Below, piece by piece: positions 48,134-58,406 of a stretch of DNA of 64,000 nucleotides (position 1 is its first letter; every line of letters starts with the position of its first letter). Position numbers and translations under genes: made by a program. The stretch is from Tabrizicola sp. YIM 78059 (GTDB taxonomy: Bacteria > Cyanobacteriota > Cyanobacteriia > PCC-6307 > Cyanobiaceae): assembly GCA_943367815.1 (NCBI GenBank), contig CALRKA020000011.1, forward strand, positions 633 to 64,632. Reading direction: 5' to 3'. The notes under the pieces were generated by a model. The model made no database searches. It worked only from the letters and a program-made list of their open reading frames with translations, and was not told the origin of the DNA.

Positions 48134-49959
48134 GTCCGGCGGCGGCCATGGCCGTTGATGGCCCCCCCGGGCCTCCCCCGACAGCAGCAGGGCTGCATCG
48201 CCTGCTGCGCAGCCTGCGGCCCCACCGCAGGCTCGTCGGCCTGGCGGCCGCCTGCTCGATCCTCAACAAGCTCTTCGACCTGGCGCCCCCGGTCCTGATC
48301 GGCCTGGCGGTCGATGTGGTGGTCCAGCAGCGCACCTCCTGGCTGGCCGGCCTCGGCTTCACCACCGTGCCGGGCCAGCTGGGTGTGCTGGCGGTGCTCT
48401 CGTTCCTGATCTGGAGCGCCGAGTCCCTGTTCGAATACCTGTACGCCCTGCTCTGGCGACGCCTGGCCCAGACGGTGCAGCATGAGCTGCGCATCGAGGC
48501 CTACGACCACCTCCAGCGCCTGGAGATGGGCTTCTTCGAGGCCGGCAGCAGCGGGCGTCTGCTCACGGTCCTCAACGACGACATCAACCAGCTGGAGCGC
48601 TTCCTCGACCAGGGAGCCAACGAGATCCTGCAGCTGATCACCACCGTTCTGGCCGTGGGCGGGGCCATGGTGGTCCTCTCCCCCACGGTGGCCGGCGTCT
48701 CCTTCCTGCCGATCCCGGTGATCCTCTGGGGCTCGCTCCGCTTCCAGCGGCGCCTGGCCCCCCGTTACCGGGAGGTGCGCGAGCGGGCCGGCGACCTGGC
48801 CAGCCTGCTGAGCAACAACCTCGGCGGCATGCTCACCATCAAGAGCTACGCCGCAGAGGCGTGGGAAAAGCAGCGGCTGATCGCCCAGAGCCAGGCCTAC
48901 CGGGCCAGCAACGGCCGGGCCATCCGCCTGTCGGCCGCCTTCATCCCCCTGATCCGGTTCGCGATCCTGTTCGCCTTCATCGCCATCCTCGTGATCGGCG
49001 GATTGCAGGCCTGGAAAGGCGCCATCGCCATCGGCACGTATTCGTTTCTCGTCTTCATCACCCAGCGGCTGCTGTGGCCGCTCACCACCCTGGGCCGCAC
49101 GCTCGACGACTACCAGCGCGCCATGGCCTCCACCCACCGGGTGATGGACCTGCTGGACACGCCCGTCGCCATCCCCAGCGGCAGCCAGCCGCTCCCCATC
49201 GCCGACGTCCGCGGCCAGATCCGCTTCGAGCGGGTCGACTTCGCCTACGCCGGCCGGGAGCGGCTTCTCTCCTCCTTCGACCTGGAGGTTCCCGCCGGCG
49301 CCACCCTGGGGATCGTGGGGGCCACGGGCTCCGGCAAGAGCACGATCGTCAAGCTGCTGCTGCGGCTCTACCCCATCCAGGGGGGCCGGATCCTGCTCGA
49401 TGGCGTGGCGATCGAGCAGCTTTCCCTGCAGGACCTGCGCCGGGCCATCGGCCTGGTCAGCCAGGAGGTGTTCCTGTTCCACGGCACCGTGGCCGAGAAC
49501 ATCGCCTACGGCAGCTTCGCAGCCACGCCCGCGGCCATCGAACGGGCGGCCGGCCTGGCCGAGGCGGCGGGATTCATCGAGGCGCTGCCCCAGGGGTACG
49601 ACACCCTGGTGGGGGAACGGGGTCTGCGCCTGTCCGGGGGCCAGCGCCAGCGCATCGCCCTGGCCCGGGCGATCCTCAAGGATCCGCCGGTGCTGGTGCT
49701 GGATGAAGCCACCGCCGCCGTCGACAACGAAACCGAGGCGGCGATCCAGCGTTCCCTCGATCGGATCACGGCCTCCCGCACCACCCTGGTGATCGCGCAC
49801 CGGCTGAGCACGGTGCGCCACGCCGACCGGATCGTGGTCATGGAACAGGGCCGCATCGTCGAGAGCGGCGGGCACGACGAGCTGCTGGCCAGGAACGGGG
49901 CCTATGCGGCGCTCTGGCGGGTGCAGACGGGGCTGAGGCCGGAGGAGGCGCTGCGCTGA
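48130..49959 (+). CDS. ABC transporter fused permease/ATPase (start may be 48148)
   Basis: TM domain; GATGSGKS, LSGGQRQR, LDEAT, IAHRL. Confidence 0.93.
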   Translation: MSPAAAMAVDGPPGPPPTAAGLHRLLRSLRPHRRLVGLAAACSILNKLFDLAPPVLIGLAVDVVVQQRTSWLAGLGFTTVPGQLGVLAVLSFLIWSAESLFEYLYALLWRRLAQTVQHELRIEAYDHLQRLEMGFFEAGSSGRLLTVLNDDINQLERFLDQGANEILQLITTVLAVGGAMVVLSPTVAGVSFLPIPVILWGSLRFQRRLAPRYREVRERAGDLASLLSNNLGGMLTIKSYAAEAWEKQRLIAQSQAYRASNGRAIRLSAAFIPLIRFAILFAFIAILVIGGLQAWKGAIAIGTYSFLVFITQRLLWPLTTLGRTLDDYQRAMASTHRVMDLLDTPVAIPSGSQPLPIADVRGQIRFERVDFAYAGRERLLSSFDLEVPAGATLGIVGATGSGKSTIVKLLLRLYPIQGGRILLDGVAIEQLSLQDLRRAIGLVSQEVFLFHGTVAENIAYGSFAATPAAIERAAGLAEAAGFIEALPQGYDTLVGERGLRLSGGQRQRIALARAILKDPPVLVLDEATAAVDNETEAAIQRSLDRITASRTTLVIAHRLSTVRHADRIVVMEQGRIVESGGHDELLARNGAYAALWRVQTGLRPEEALR

Positions 49960-49975
49960 GCCCAGGGGGCTTAGC

Positions 49976-50953
49976 GTGGATTCAATGAAGATTTCTCAAC
50001 CCAGGAATGGGGCCCAGGCCAGGAAGGAAGCCCAGCCCAGGTCATCCCGTCGGCGCACCCCCGTGCTCCTCGCCGTGGTCTGCGGCCTCGGGGCTGGCCT
50101 GCTGCTGGCCGGACCCCTGGCCCAGCTGATCTCGGCCCGGGCCACCGCCGGGGGCAACCCGGCCCTGACCAATCCCTTCGCCGCCTGGAGCGGCGGCATG
50201 GACGGTCAGGACGTCCTGATTCTGGGCACCGATGTAGGCGGCGGCAACACCGATGTGATCGCCACCCTGCGCATCGACGGCAAGCGCACCAGCATCACCC
50301 AGATCCCCCGCGACACCTACATCGAGGCCGATAGTTTCGGCCCGGTCAAGATCAACGCCCTCTACAGCCTGGGCGGCATCGAGGCGATGAAGCGGGAGAT
50401 CTCCCAGCGGCTCGGCCGCCCCATCCAGCACCACCTGGTCGTCAATCTCTCCTCGATCCGCCAGATGGCCGATGTCCTCGGGGGCATCGAGGTGGACGTT
50501 CCCAAACGCATGCTCTACGTCGACCGCAGCCAGGGGCTGTCCATCGATCTGCAACCCGGGGTACAGACCCTGCGCGGCAAGGATCTGGAGGGTTTCCTGC
50601 GCTTCCGCCACGACGAGACCGGCGACCTGGGACGCATGGACCGCCAGCAGCTGGCCCTCAAGTCCCTGTTCCGCAAACTCACCCGGCCCGAGTACCTCGT
50701 GCGGCTGCCGGCCCTGATGATGGCCGCCCGCAAGGACATCAAGACCGACCTCGGGCCCATGGAGCTCGGGGGCCTGATCACGGCCATGGGCAGCACCCAG
50801 CTCGACACCGAGCGGCTGGACGGACGCCCCTTCTACAAGGACGGCATCAGCTACTGGGACGCCGTCTGGCCGGCTCCGGAGAACGACCCCCTGGAGGCCG
50901 GCAACGAGGGCCAGGCCAACGCTACGAACGGCCGCCACCGTTTCCTTTTCTGA
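49976..50953 (+). CDS. LCP (LytR-CpsA-Psr) family protein
   Basis: LILGTD, NTD, QIPRDT, KINA, LRFRHD..GDLGR..RQQ. Confidence 0.9.
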   Translation: MDSMKISQPRNGAQARKEAQPRSSRRRTPVLLAVVCGLGAGLLLAGPLAQLISARATAGGNPALTNPFAAWSGGMDGQDVLILGTDVGGGNTDVIATLRIDGKRTSITQIPRDTYIEADSFGPVKINALYSLGGIEAMKREISQRLGRPIQHHLVVNLSSIRQMADVLGGIEVDVPKRMLYVDRSQGLSIDLQPGVQTLRGKDLEGFLRFRHDETGDLGRMDRQQLALKSLFRKLTRPEYLVRLPALMMAARKDIKTDLGPMELGGLITAMGSTQLDTERLDGRPFYKDGISYWDAVWPAPENDPLEAGNEGQANATNGRHRFLF

Positions 50954-51440
50954 TCTCTTCGGCCGGAGCCGGAGCGTCGTCACTCCCCCCGTCGAGCGGG
51001 TGGCCGTCACGGTCGGAGAGGGTGATCAGGGCCAGACCGAGGGCCATCAGGACCGGCACGGGGCTGGAGACGGCCACCGTGACACCCAGGGCCGCCGTGA
51101 ACCAGATCGAGGCGGCACTGCTCAGGCCCCGCACCTCCGGAATGCCGTGCTTCGAACGCACCGGAGGCACCAGGATCTCGCCGGCCCCCAGGAAGCCGAT
51201 GCCCGCCGCCACCCCCTGGATCACGCGGCTGCGGGCCTGGGCATCGGGGCCGGCCGCCAGGACCATCAGGCAGGCACTCATCCCCACCAGCACATGAACC
51301 CGCAGGCGGTTGGGGTGGGCGCGGCTGCCGTGATGCGCCCGGTTGAGGCCCACCGCCAGTCCGCAGAGCACCGCCATGCCCAGCCGCAGCAGGGCCTCCA
51401 GATCCGGGCTCAGCGAAAGGACCATGGCTGTCCGCGGCAC
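50922..51440 (-). CDS. MgtC/SapB family membrane protein
   Basis: GLAVGLNR, LRVHVLVG, RVIQGVAAGIGFLGAG, GLSSAASIW. Confidence 0.88.
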   Translation of the reverse strand: MPRTAMVLSLSPDLEALLRLGMAVLCGLAVGLNRAHHGSRAHPNRLRVHVLVGMSACLMVLAAGPDAQARSRVIQGVAAGIGFLGAGEILVPPVRSKHGIPEVRGLSSAASIWFTAALGVTVAVSSPVPVLMALGLALITLSDRDGHPLDGGSDDAPAPAEEIRKGNGGGRS

Positions 51441-51448
51441 GGTGGGGC

Positions 51449-52543
51449 GTGATCAACCATGGCGCATCGGCGAACGGCCGTGGACCATGGGCCTCCATAG
51501 GCTCCTGCCAGCCCAGCGCCACGAGGTCCGTGCGGTCCGCCCTGCTTCGCAACAGCCTGAGGCTCGGGGTGGCCGCCTTCCTCACCGCCGCCCTGTCGCT
51601 CTGGTTCGAGCGGATCGCCTACGTCTGGTACCCGATGCTGGCGGTGGTCACGGTCATGGAGGACGGGGACGACCTCAGCCTCCAGGCCGCCAGGGTGCGG
51701 GTCTTCGGCACCATCACCGGAGGGCTGGTCACCTTCCTGGTCCACACCGTGCTCTCCGGCTGGCCGGGGGTGCTGGTGTCGCTGCTGCTGATCCTGCCCC
51801 TGCTGCGCTGGCTGGGTTGGCAGTCGGCCGCCGGGACCGCGACGCTGGTCAGCCTGATGTTCCTGATGATCCCCAGCCATGTGGCCCTGAACTGGGATTA
51901 CGTGTTCAACCGCACCCTGGACACGGCCGTCGGCTGTGTGATCGCCATCGTCGTGGGCCTGCTGTTCTGGCCCCGGCGGGGGTTCGACCGGCTGATGCGC
52001 CTGGAGGCCGGGCTGCGCCAGGGCTATGCCGCCCAGCTGGAGCAGCAGCGCAACTGGCTCGCGGGCCGTGGCGAGCGGCCCCAGCCCCTGCCCCCGGCCA
52101 GGCTCAGCCACGACCTGGTGGCGATGGAACAGCTGCTCGCCCAGGAGCGGCGGGGCCCCCACGGCCAGCGCCTGCAGCGGCTGCACTGGCCGCAGCGGCT
52201 GCAGCTGTGGGGCGCGGTCCAGCACCATTGGGTGCAGTGGGAGCGCCTGCTGGGGGGCCTCCCCGACCGGCTCCGCCCGGACGCCGAGACAGCTGACGGA
52301 GAGGCTGATCACGGGGGCGGGGATGGGGACGGGCCGGCCGGCGACCCCCTGCAGGCCGGCATGGCACGCATGGCCGCCCTGCTTCGGGGGGAGACCCTTC
52401 CGGTCCTGGCCCCGGACCCCGCCCCCTGGCAGAACCTGGCCCGGCGCCGCTCCCTGCCGTTGCTGCCGCTCCTGGCCCTGGCCCAGGAGCAGCATCCGCT
52501 GCTGGCCAGCCTGCGGACCCTGAGCCTGGTGGCCCGATGCTGA
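51449..52543 (+). CDS. FUSC/aromatic acid exporter family membrane protein
   Basis: LRLGVA, RVFGTITGG, RTLDTAVGC; TM N-half plus helical C-half. Confidence 0.75.
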   Translation: MINHGASANGRGPWASIGSCQPSATRSVRSALLRNSLRLGVAAFLTAALSLWFERIAYVWYPMLAVVTVMEDGDDLSLQAARVRVFGTITGGLVTFLVHTVLSGWPGVLVSLLLILPLLRWLGWQSAAGTATLVSLMFLMIPSHVALNWDYVFNRTLDTAVGCVIAIVVGLLFWPRRGFDRLMRLEAGLRQGYAAQLEQQRNWLAGRGERPQPLPPARLSHDLVAMEQLLAQERRGPHGQRLQRLHWPQRLQLWGAVQHHWVQWERLLGGLPDRLRPDAETADGEADHGGGDGDGPAGDPLQAGMARMAALLRGETLPVLAPDPAPWQNLARRRSLPLLPLLALAQEQHPLLASLRTLSLVARC

Positions 52544-53619
52544 TCCGCCGCTCCGAACTGCGCCTGGCCCTGACGGCCGGTCTGATGAACGGCCTTGGGT
52601 CCCTCGCCCCGCTGGCCTATGGGTTCTACGCCCCATTGGCCGTGCTGGTGGTCTGCACCGGCACCTACGGGGGCTCCATCGGCCTGGGGCGCCAGCGGCT
52701 GCTGGGGTCGCTGGTGGGGGGGGTGGTGCTGGTGGTCTCCTTCACCGGCCTCAGCCATCTGCCCCTGCCCCTGGGCCTGAGCCTGTCCCTGGTCGCCATG
52801 CGGCTGGTGGGGGCGGCGCTGGGGCTGGAGGTGGGGTACAAGGTGGGCAGCAACATCATCGTGATGGGCTGGTTGGTCCACGACGGTGAACTGGGGATGT
52901 GGGTCCCGGTGCGGCTGTTCTGGACCGCGGCAGGCATCCTGGTGGCCCTGCTGTGCCTGCGGCTCTTCTGGCCCGACCTGGCGGTGGAGGGCAACCGGCA
53001 GCGGCTGCGCCGGTTCCTGGCCGAACTCGGCGGGGCCCTCCTCGCCCAGGCCGACCGCCTTGAGGCGCCGGCCGCCCCTGCGCCGCCCGGGGCCCTGGTG
53101 GCCGCCCGGCGGCTGGAGCTGGAGACGGCCCAGGGGCTGCGGCGCCAGCTGGTGGCCCTGCGCCAGGCCATGCCCGCGGTGGCCGATGAGCTCGGCAACA
53201 ACCCCACCAGCCATGCCACGTTCCGCCTCTTCCAGATCCTCAACGGGGCCGGCTCCCAGCTGGTCGGCGTGGTCGACGGGCTTCGGCTCCTGGAGCACAC
53301 CCCTGCGGATCGGGGCCCCCTGGAGGGACTCCATGGGGCCCAGGCCGAACTGCTGCGGGCCGTGGCCGGGCGACTGGAGCAGTGGCGCCACTGCCTCGAG
53401 GTGCCCCATCGCCATCGGCCGGCGCCACCGGCCAGGGCCATGACCCCTCCGGCCCGCTGGGGGGACCTGGAGCGCTCGCTGCACGATCCCGACCTGAACC
53501 GTTTCGATCTGCCCCTGCTGCAGCGCAATGCCAGCCGGCTGATGCTCTGCGGCCAGGCCCTGCGCAGCATCGAGCAGGCGGAGCACAGCTGGCGGGCCCT
53601 GGGGGAGGCCAGCGGCTGA
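52537..53619 (+). CDS. FUSC family membrane protein
   Basis: RQRLLGSLVGG, RLFWTAAG, RLFWP; overlaps the previous gene by 7 nt. Confidence 0.75.
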   Translation: MLIRRSELRLALTAGLMNGLGSLAPLAYGFYAPLAVLVVCTGTYGGSIGLGRQRLLGSLVGGVVLVVSFTGLSHLPLPLGLSLSLVAMRLVGAALGLEVGYKVGSNIIVMGWLVHDGELGMWVPVRLFWTAAGILVALLCLRLFWPDLAVEGNRQRLRRFLAELGGALLAQADRLEAPAAPAPPGALVAARRLELETAQGLRRQLVALRQAMPAVADELGNNPTSHATFRLFQILNGAGSQLVGVVDGLRLLEHTPADRGPLEGLHGAQAELLRAVAGRLEQWRHCLEVPHRHRPAPPARAMTPPARWGDLERSLHDPDLNRFDLPLLQRNASRLMLCGQALRSIEQAEHSWRALGEASG

Positions 53620-53623
53620 CGCC

Positions 53624-54973
53624 ATGGCTGCAGCGCCCCCGTCCCCACCGCAGGCCCCCGGGTACCGCCCGGCGCTGCTGGTGGCGCTGGTGCTGCTGCT
53701 GGCCGGAGCCGGAACCGGCAACGCCGAACCGCTTGCCCCCGGGCCCGCGGCTGAGCCCACGCCACCGGAGCCGCCCCTGGTGCGGCTCGAGCCAGGCTGG
53801 GGGACCCTCCAGCAGACCCTGGCTCTGCCGGCCTGGGTCGATCTGGATCTGGAGATCCTGGCCGAACCGATGGCCAATCCCGTCGGCGGTCTGGTGAAGG
53901 AGGCGAACTGGATCCAGCAGACGACCCTGGCTCTCACCCTGCGAGCCCCCACCGGCGAAGCCACGGCAGGGGAGTGGAAGCGATGGGCGATGCATCTGGC
54001 CATCGCCGCCTACAACGGCGACCCCACCTACGCCCAGCGGCTGGGGGCGGCGCTGCCCCTCCAGGAGGTGGCCAACCCGGTGGGGTTCTGGCCCACCCGC
54101 GCCAGCCTGGAGCGCCGCTCCGACGACGGCCGCTGGAGCCTGGAGGCGGGGCTGGTGGGCATGGACCCGGACCTGTTCAGCACCCCGATCGAAGACTTCT
54201 ACGTCCATGACGCCCTCAACGGGGCGCCGGTGGTGTTCACGATCCCGAACTTTCCCGTCTTTCCCGTGGCGGCGCCGGGCGCCCTGCTGGTGCTGCGACC
54301 GACCCCGGCCACCACCCTGCGGCTGGCCAGCTTCAACCTGGCCGCCACCGACGAGGTCGCCAGGCTCCTGGGGACCGCCAGCGGCCTTCCCCCCGGCCGG
54401 GGCTGGACCCACCAGCTGCAGTGGAGCTACGCGGCCCCCTGGCTCAACCGCCGTCTGGGGGCCCCGATCGCCGCCTGCCGCGAGGGGGGTGGCCTCAGGC
54501 CCCGGGGGCGGGACTGCGGCCAGCCGGTCTCGGTGGAACGGCAGCTGCCCGGCGGATTGCTGCAGCTGGCGGCCTATGCCGGCACCGGGCCGAACCGGGG
54601 CGTGTACGGCAGCGCCACCGTGCCCGTGTCCCTGCCCTGGGGCCTCGACCACCGGCTCTGGGCCGCCACCGCCGCGGGCTTTGACACCGCCGCCAATCCC
54701 ACACCCAGCTACATCGGCGGTGGTCTGGTGAGTCAGGGGGTGCTCCCCGGCCGCCCCCTCGACCTGCTGATCCTCGGCGTGGCCCGCACCGGCTTCAGTC
54801 CGATCAGCCAGCCGGGTCTGAGCCACGAAGGCGTGGTGGAGCTGGGGTATCAGATCCGGTTCAACCAGTCCTTCAACCTGCAGCCCAGCCTCCAGTGGAT
54901 CCTCAATCCCGGTGGCGCCGGCCAGGTGCCGGGCCTGTTCGCGGCGGGCCTGCAGCTGGGTTTCAGCTTCTAG
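53624..54973 (+). CDS. OprB-like carbohydrate-selective porin
   Basis: NPVGG, ELGYQI, LQPSLQWILNPGG, C-terminal GLQLGFSF. Confidence 0.85.
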   Translation: MAAAPPSPPQAPGYRPALLVALVLLLAGAGTGNAEPLAPGPAAEPTPPEPPLVRLEPGWGTLQQTLALPAWVDLDLEILAEPMANPVGGLVKEANWIQQTTLALTLRAPTGEATAGEWKRWAMHLAIAAYNGDPTYAQRLGAALPLQEVANPVGFWPTRASLERRSDDGRWSLEAGLVGMDPDLFSTPIEDFYVHDALNGAPVVFTIPNFPVFPVAAPGALLVLRPTPATTLRLASFNLAATDEVARLLGTASGLPPGRGWTHQLQWSYAAPWLNRRLGAPIAACREGGGLRPRGRDCGQPVSVERQLPGGLLQLAAYAGTGPNRGVYGSATVPVSLPWGLDHRLWAATAAGFDTAANPTPSYIGGGLVSQGVLPGRPLDLLILGVARTGFSPISQPGLSHEGVVELGYQIRFNQSFNLQPSLQWILNPGGAGQVPGLFAAGLQLGFSF

Positions 54974-54988
54974 GAGCCGGGGAGGCCG

Positions 54989-56776
54989 ATGTCGAGCAAA
55001 CTGGGCGCCGGATGGGGGGAACGGGAGGCCATGGGGGGCAGCGGAACGGGGCGGCCCCTGGCCAGGTGGATCCTCGCCGGGATGGTGCCGGGGATGGTGC
55101 TGGGTCTCGGCCTTGGATCGGGGTCGGTCGCGGGCCAGCCCCTGCCGGCGACCAGCGCCGGCGACGTGCGACGCCTCGAGCGACGCTGGAGCGAGCTGGA
55201 TCGCCAGATCCGTGCCCTCGACGAGCTGCTCCCCGCCGAGGAGGCCCCCCTCCCCGCTGACGGGCCCGCCAGGCCACCGCTGCCGGAGGCGCTGCTGGGG
55301 CCTGCGGAAGCCAGTGCGGTTCCCGGGCCACCGCAGGGGAGCGTTCCCCTGCCGCCGCTGGCGCTGCCGGAGGCCGGCGATCTACGCCCGGGCCAGCTTC
55401 AGGCCCTGAGCCTGGAGCAGTCGCTGGCGATCGGCTTCGCCAACAGTCCCGGCCTGCAGGCCCGCCGCGAAACGGTGGCGGCAGCCCTGGCCGAGCTGCA
55501 GAGTCAGATGGGCACCTACTGGCCCCGGATCTCCGCCTACGCCGCCGGCGGCACCGACCAGGCGAGCACCAGCTTCTTCTCCCCCACCGGCACCGGGACC
55601 CTGTTCGCCCCCAGCAACCCCTTCTTCATCCCCCCCGGCGGCAGGGGCTCCCTCAACAACAACGCCAACGGCGTCAGCACCGGCCTCGAGCTCCGCTACG
55701 CGCTGCTGGATTTCGCCCGCACGCCGAAGGCGCGGGCCGCTCTGGCGCGGCTGCGGGGCAGCCGCCTGGACTACGCCGATGCCCTGCGGCGGCTGCAGCT
55801 GTCCCTGAGCGAGAGCTACTACCAGCTGCAGCGGGCCGACCAGCTGGTGCGCATCCGTGAGGCCGTCGTGCGCAACGACCTGCTGATCCTTCAGGACAGC
55901 CTGGATCTCAAGCAGGCCGGGCTGGTGCCCCGGCTCGACGTGCTGCGGCGGCAGGCGATCGAAGCGGATGGCCAGGAGCAGCTGATCGCGGCCCTGGCGG
56001 AACGGGCGGTCGCCCGCCGGCGGCTGGCGGCCCTGCTCAACCTGCCGCCCCAGCTGACCCCCACCGCCAGCGACCCGATCCGCCTGCAGCCACGCTGGCC
56101 CCTGGACCTGGAGGCCAGCCTGCTGGCCTCCTTCCGGGACAACCCGGAACTGGAAGCCCTGCTGGCCACCCGCGAGGCGCTGCTGCGCCAGAAGGATGCG
56201 GTCGCTGCCGAGCTGCTGCCGAAGCTCTCGCTGTTCGCCAACGCCGGCGCCGGCGCCTCGAACACCAACAACTGGAACGTGCGCATTGCCGACGGCGGCT
56301 GCTGCGGCACCACGGTGGCCACCTCCCTCAACACCTACGGCACCGACTGGTCGGTGGGCCTGGCGGTGAGCTGGCTGCTCTTCGACGCCGGCACCACCCG
56401 CGGCCAGGCCCGGGCCCTGGCCCGCCGCGGTGCGGCGGTGGCCCAGCAATACGCCGCCCAGCGCAACGACATCCGGCTGCGGATCGAGCAGGCCTTCCTG
56501 GGCCACGAAGCCAGCCTGGCGCGGCTGGTGGCCGCCCGGAGGGGGGTGGCGGCGAGCCTGGAGGCCTTCCGGGACGCCCGCCTGCGCTACCAGGCGGGCC
56601 TGAGCAGCGAGCTGGATCTCTCCAACACCCAGGAACGGCTGATCGCCAGCCTGGTCCAGCGGCTGGAGGCCACCGTGAACGTGAACATCACCTACGCCCA
56701 GCTGCTGCGCGAACTGCTGCCCATGCCGACGGATCCGGATGCCGCGGTTCCGGCGCGCCTGGAATGGAGCCCATGA
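54989..56776 (+). CDS. TolC family outer membrane efflux protein
   Basis: ANSPGL, YYQLQ, LLPKLSL, RYQAGLSSELDL repeats typical of OEP domains. Confidence 0.88.
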   Translation: MSSKLGAGWGEREAMGGSGTGRPLARWILAGMVPGMVLGLGLGSGSVAGQPLPATSAGDVRRLERRWSELDRQIRALDELLPAEEAPLPADGPARPPLPEALLGPAEASAVPGPPQGSVPLPPLALPEAGDLRPGQLQALSLEQSLAIGFANSPGLQARRETVAAALAELQSQMGTYWPRISAYAAGGTDQASTSFFSPTGTGTLFAPSNPFFIPPGGRGSLNNNANGVSTGLELRYALLDFARTPKARAALARLRGSRLDYADALRRLQLSLSESYYQLQRADQLVRIREAVVRNDLLILQDSLDLKQAGLVPRLDVLRRQAIEADGQEQLIAALAERAVARRRLAALLNLPPQLTPTASDPIRLQPRWPLDLEASLLASFRDNPELEALLATREALLRQKDAVAAELLPKLSLFANAGAGASNTNNWNVRIADGGCCGTTVATSLNTYGTDWSVGLAVSWLLFDAGTTRGQARALARRGAAVAQQYAAQRNDIRLRIEQAFLGHEASLARLVAARRGVAASLEAFRDARLRYQAGLSSELDLSNTQERLIASLVQRLEATVNVNITYAQLLRELLPMPTDPDAAVPARLEWSP

Positions 56777-58179
56777 CGATTCCCCCCGAAGCGATCGATG
56801 CCGCCGACGCCCGCCGCGACGGCAGTCTGCGCCTGGGGCAGGTGGTGGCCCTGCTGCTGGTGTCGCTGCCGCTACTGCTGCTGCTGCAGCCCTACCAGTG
56901 GCTCTCGGCCCTCGGCTTCCGCCTCCAGCAGGCCTGGCCCCTGGGCGGGGATGGGGGCATCCCCGGCGGCAGCCTGCTGCTGGTGTTCGCCGGCACGGTG
57001 CTGCTGACCCTGCTGGCGAACGGCCCCCTGAAGGGCGGCCGGGGCGGCGGACTCACCGGGGTGCTGGCCCTGCAGCTGGAGCGGGTGCGGCAGGGTCGCG
57101 CCCGCACCGCGGCCCTCGCCTCCCTGGATCTCAGGCGCCAGCTGGCCCGGCTGCCGCTGTTGCTGCTCACCCACGGCGCCGGCCTGACGGTGGGGCTGGA
57201 GTCCCCCTCCGCCTCCCTGGGGGCGAGCCTGCTGCTGGCGCTGCGGGCGAGGGTGGCGCCCCTGAGGCGTCTGCCCCTGCCGGTGCTGCTGGCCACCGGC
57301 GCCGGGGCCGGCCTGGGCATCGCCTTCAACTCCGTCCTGCTGGGGGTCACCTATGCCGTCGAGGAGCTCTGCCGGCGGCGCTCGGCGGCGCTGATCAACG
57401 GCACCCTGCTGACCACGGGACTGGGGGTCGTGGTCGGAGCCGCCACGGGCCTGTGGCAGAGCACGGCCGAAGCGGCCCCGGCCCACCACGCCGGCATCAG
57501 TCTGCTGGTGGGCGGAGGCCCCCACCTGATCGCACCGGCCCTGCTGCTCACCCTCGGGGCGGGATGGCTGGGGGGCGTGTTCAGCGCCGCCACCGCCTGG
57601 ATGGCCGGGCGCTGGGGCCAGTGGCTCTCCAAGCCGGCAGAGGCGCGGGGGGCAGTCGTCTCCAGGCCGCTGATGGGGGCCCTGGTGGCCGCCCTGGTGA
57701 TCAGCCTGGCGGCGGTCGCCAGCGATGGCTGGAGCCTCAATGACGGCCAGCTGCTGATCGTGCGCATGGCCTACGGCGAGGACCCCCCGGGGCTGCAGAT
57801 CCTCCCCTGGCGCCTGCTGGCCTCGGTGCTGAGCATCGCCATTGGCGCCCCCGGGGGTGTGATGCACGATGCGATGTCCCTGGGGGCCCTGCTGGCCGGC
57901 CCCCTGATCGGCGATCTGCCGCCCATGGAACGCCAGCTGCTGGTCTGGACCGGCGCAACGGCCCTGTTCAGCGGCGCCTGCCGCACCCCACTGTTCTGCG
58001 CCCTGTTCGTGGCCCAGATCGCCGGCACGGTCGCCCTGGTGCCGCTCTTGCTGCTGGTGGCCGCCCTGGCGGCGCCGATCGGTCGCTGGGTCAGCGAGGA
58101 CACCTGGAACGATGTACAGCTGGAGCGCTGGCTGGATACCCACGCCGCCAGCGGCGCGGGGAAACTGAAAGATGACTGA
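56764..58179 (+). CDS. divergent ClC (EriC-like) chloride channel family protein
   Basis: VGLESP (GREGP-like), GLGIAFNS.L.GV.YAVEEL, PGG, FSGACRTPL; many TM helices. Confidence 0.75.
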   Translation: MEPMTIPPEAIDAADARRDGSLRLGQVVALLLVSLPLLLLLQPYQWLSALGFRLQQAWPLGGDGGIPGGSLLLVFAGTVLLTLLANGPLKGGRGGGLTGVLALQLERVRQGRARTAALASLDLRRQLARLPLLLLTHGAGLTVGLESPSASLGASLLLALRARVAPLRRLPLPVLLATGAGAGLGIAFNSVLLGVTYAVEELCRRRSAALINGTLLTTGLGVVVGAATGLWQSTAEAAPAHHAGISLLVGGGPHLIAPALLLTLGAGWLGGVFSAATAWMAGRWGQWLSKPAEARGAVVSRPLMGALVAALVISLAAVASDGWSLNDGQLLIVRMAYGEDPPGLQILPWRLLASVLSIAIGAPGGVMHDAMSLGALLAGPLIGDLPPMERQLLVWTGATALFSGACRTPLFCALFVAQIAGTVALVPLLLLVAALAAPIGRWVSEDTWNDVQLERWLDTHAASGAGKLKDD

Positions 58180-58406
58180 AAGTTTGCCGTCCATCCTTTC
58201 CTTCAATGACAGCAGCGCTGAAGTCGGCGCTAAGGAACAACGGCCGGAAGGGACAGGAAAACCACGCTAATCTGGACAATGAATACTCAGGGCTAGCCAT
58301 CGGTAATCCCACCCCCTAACGGATTGATTCCCGCAACGGATGGAATCCCTACTTCAGGATGGCGGTGTCCAACATGGCTCCCTGAACGCGGGAGTTCACC
58401 CATCAC

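Noticed and set aside
50922-50953. Convergent 3' overlap of LCP and MgtC
   Set aside because: Short convergent overlaps are common in compact GC-rich genomes.
58180-58406. c-di-GMP riboswitch upstream of the diguanylate cyclase
   Set aside because: GGGACAGGAAAACC only loosely recalls the GEMM motif; the tetraloop/receptor architecture could not be built. An Infernal search would settle it.
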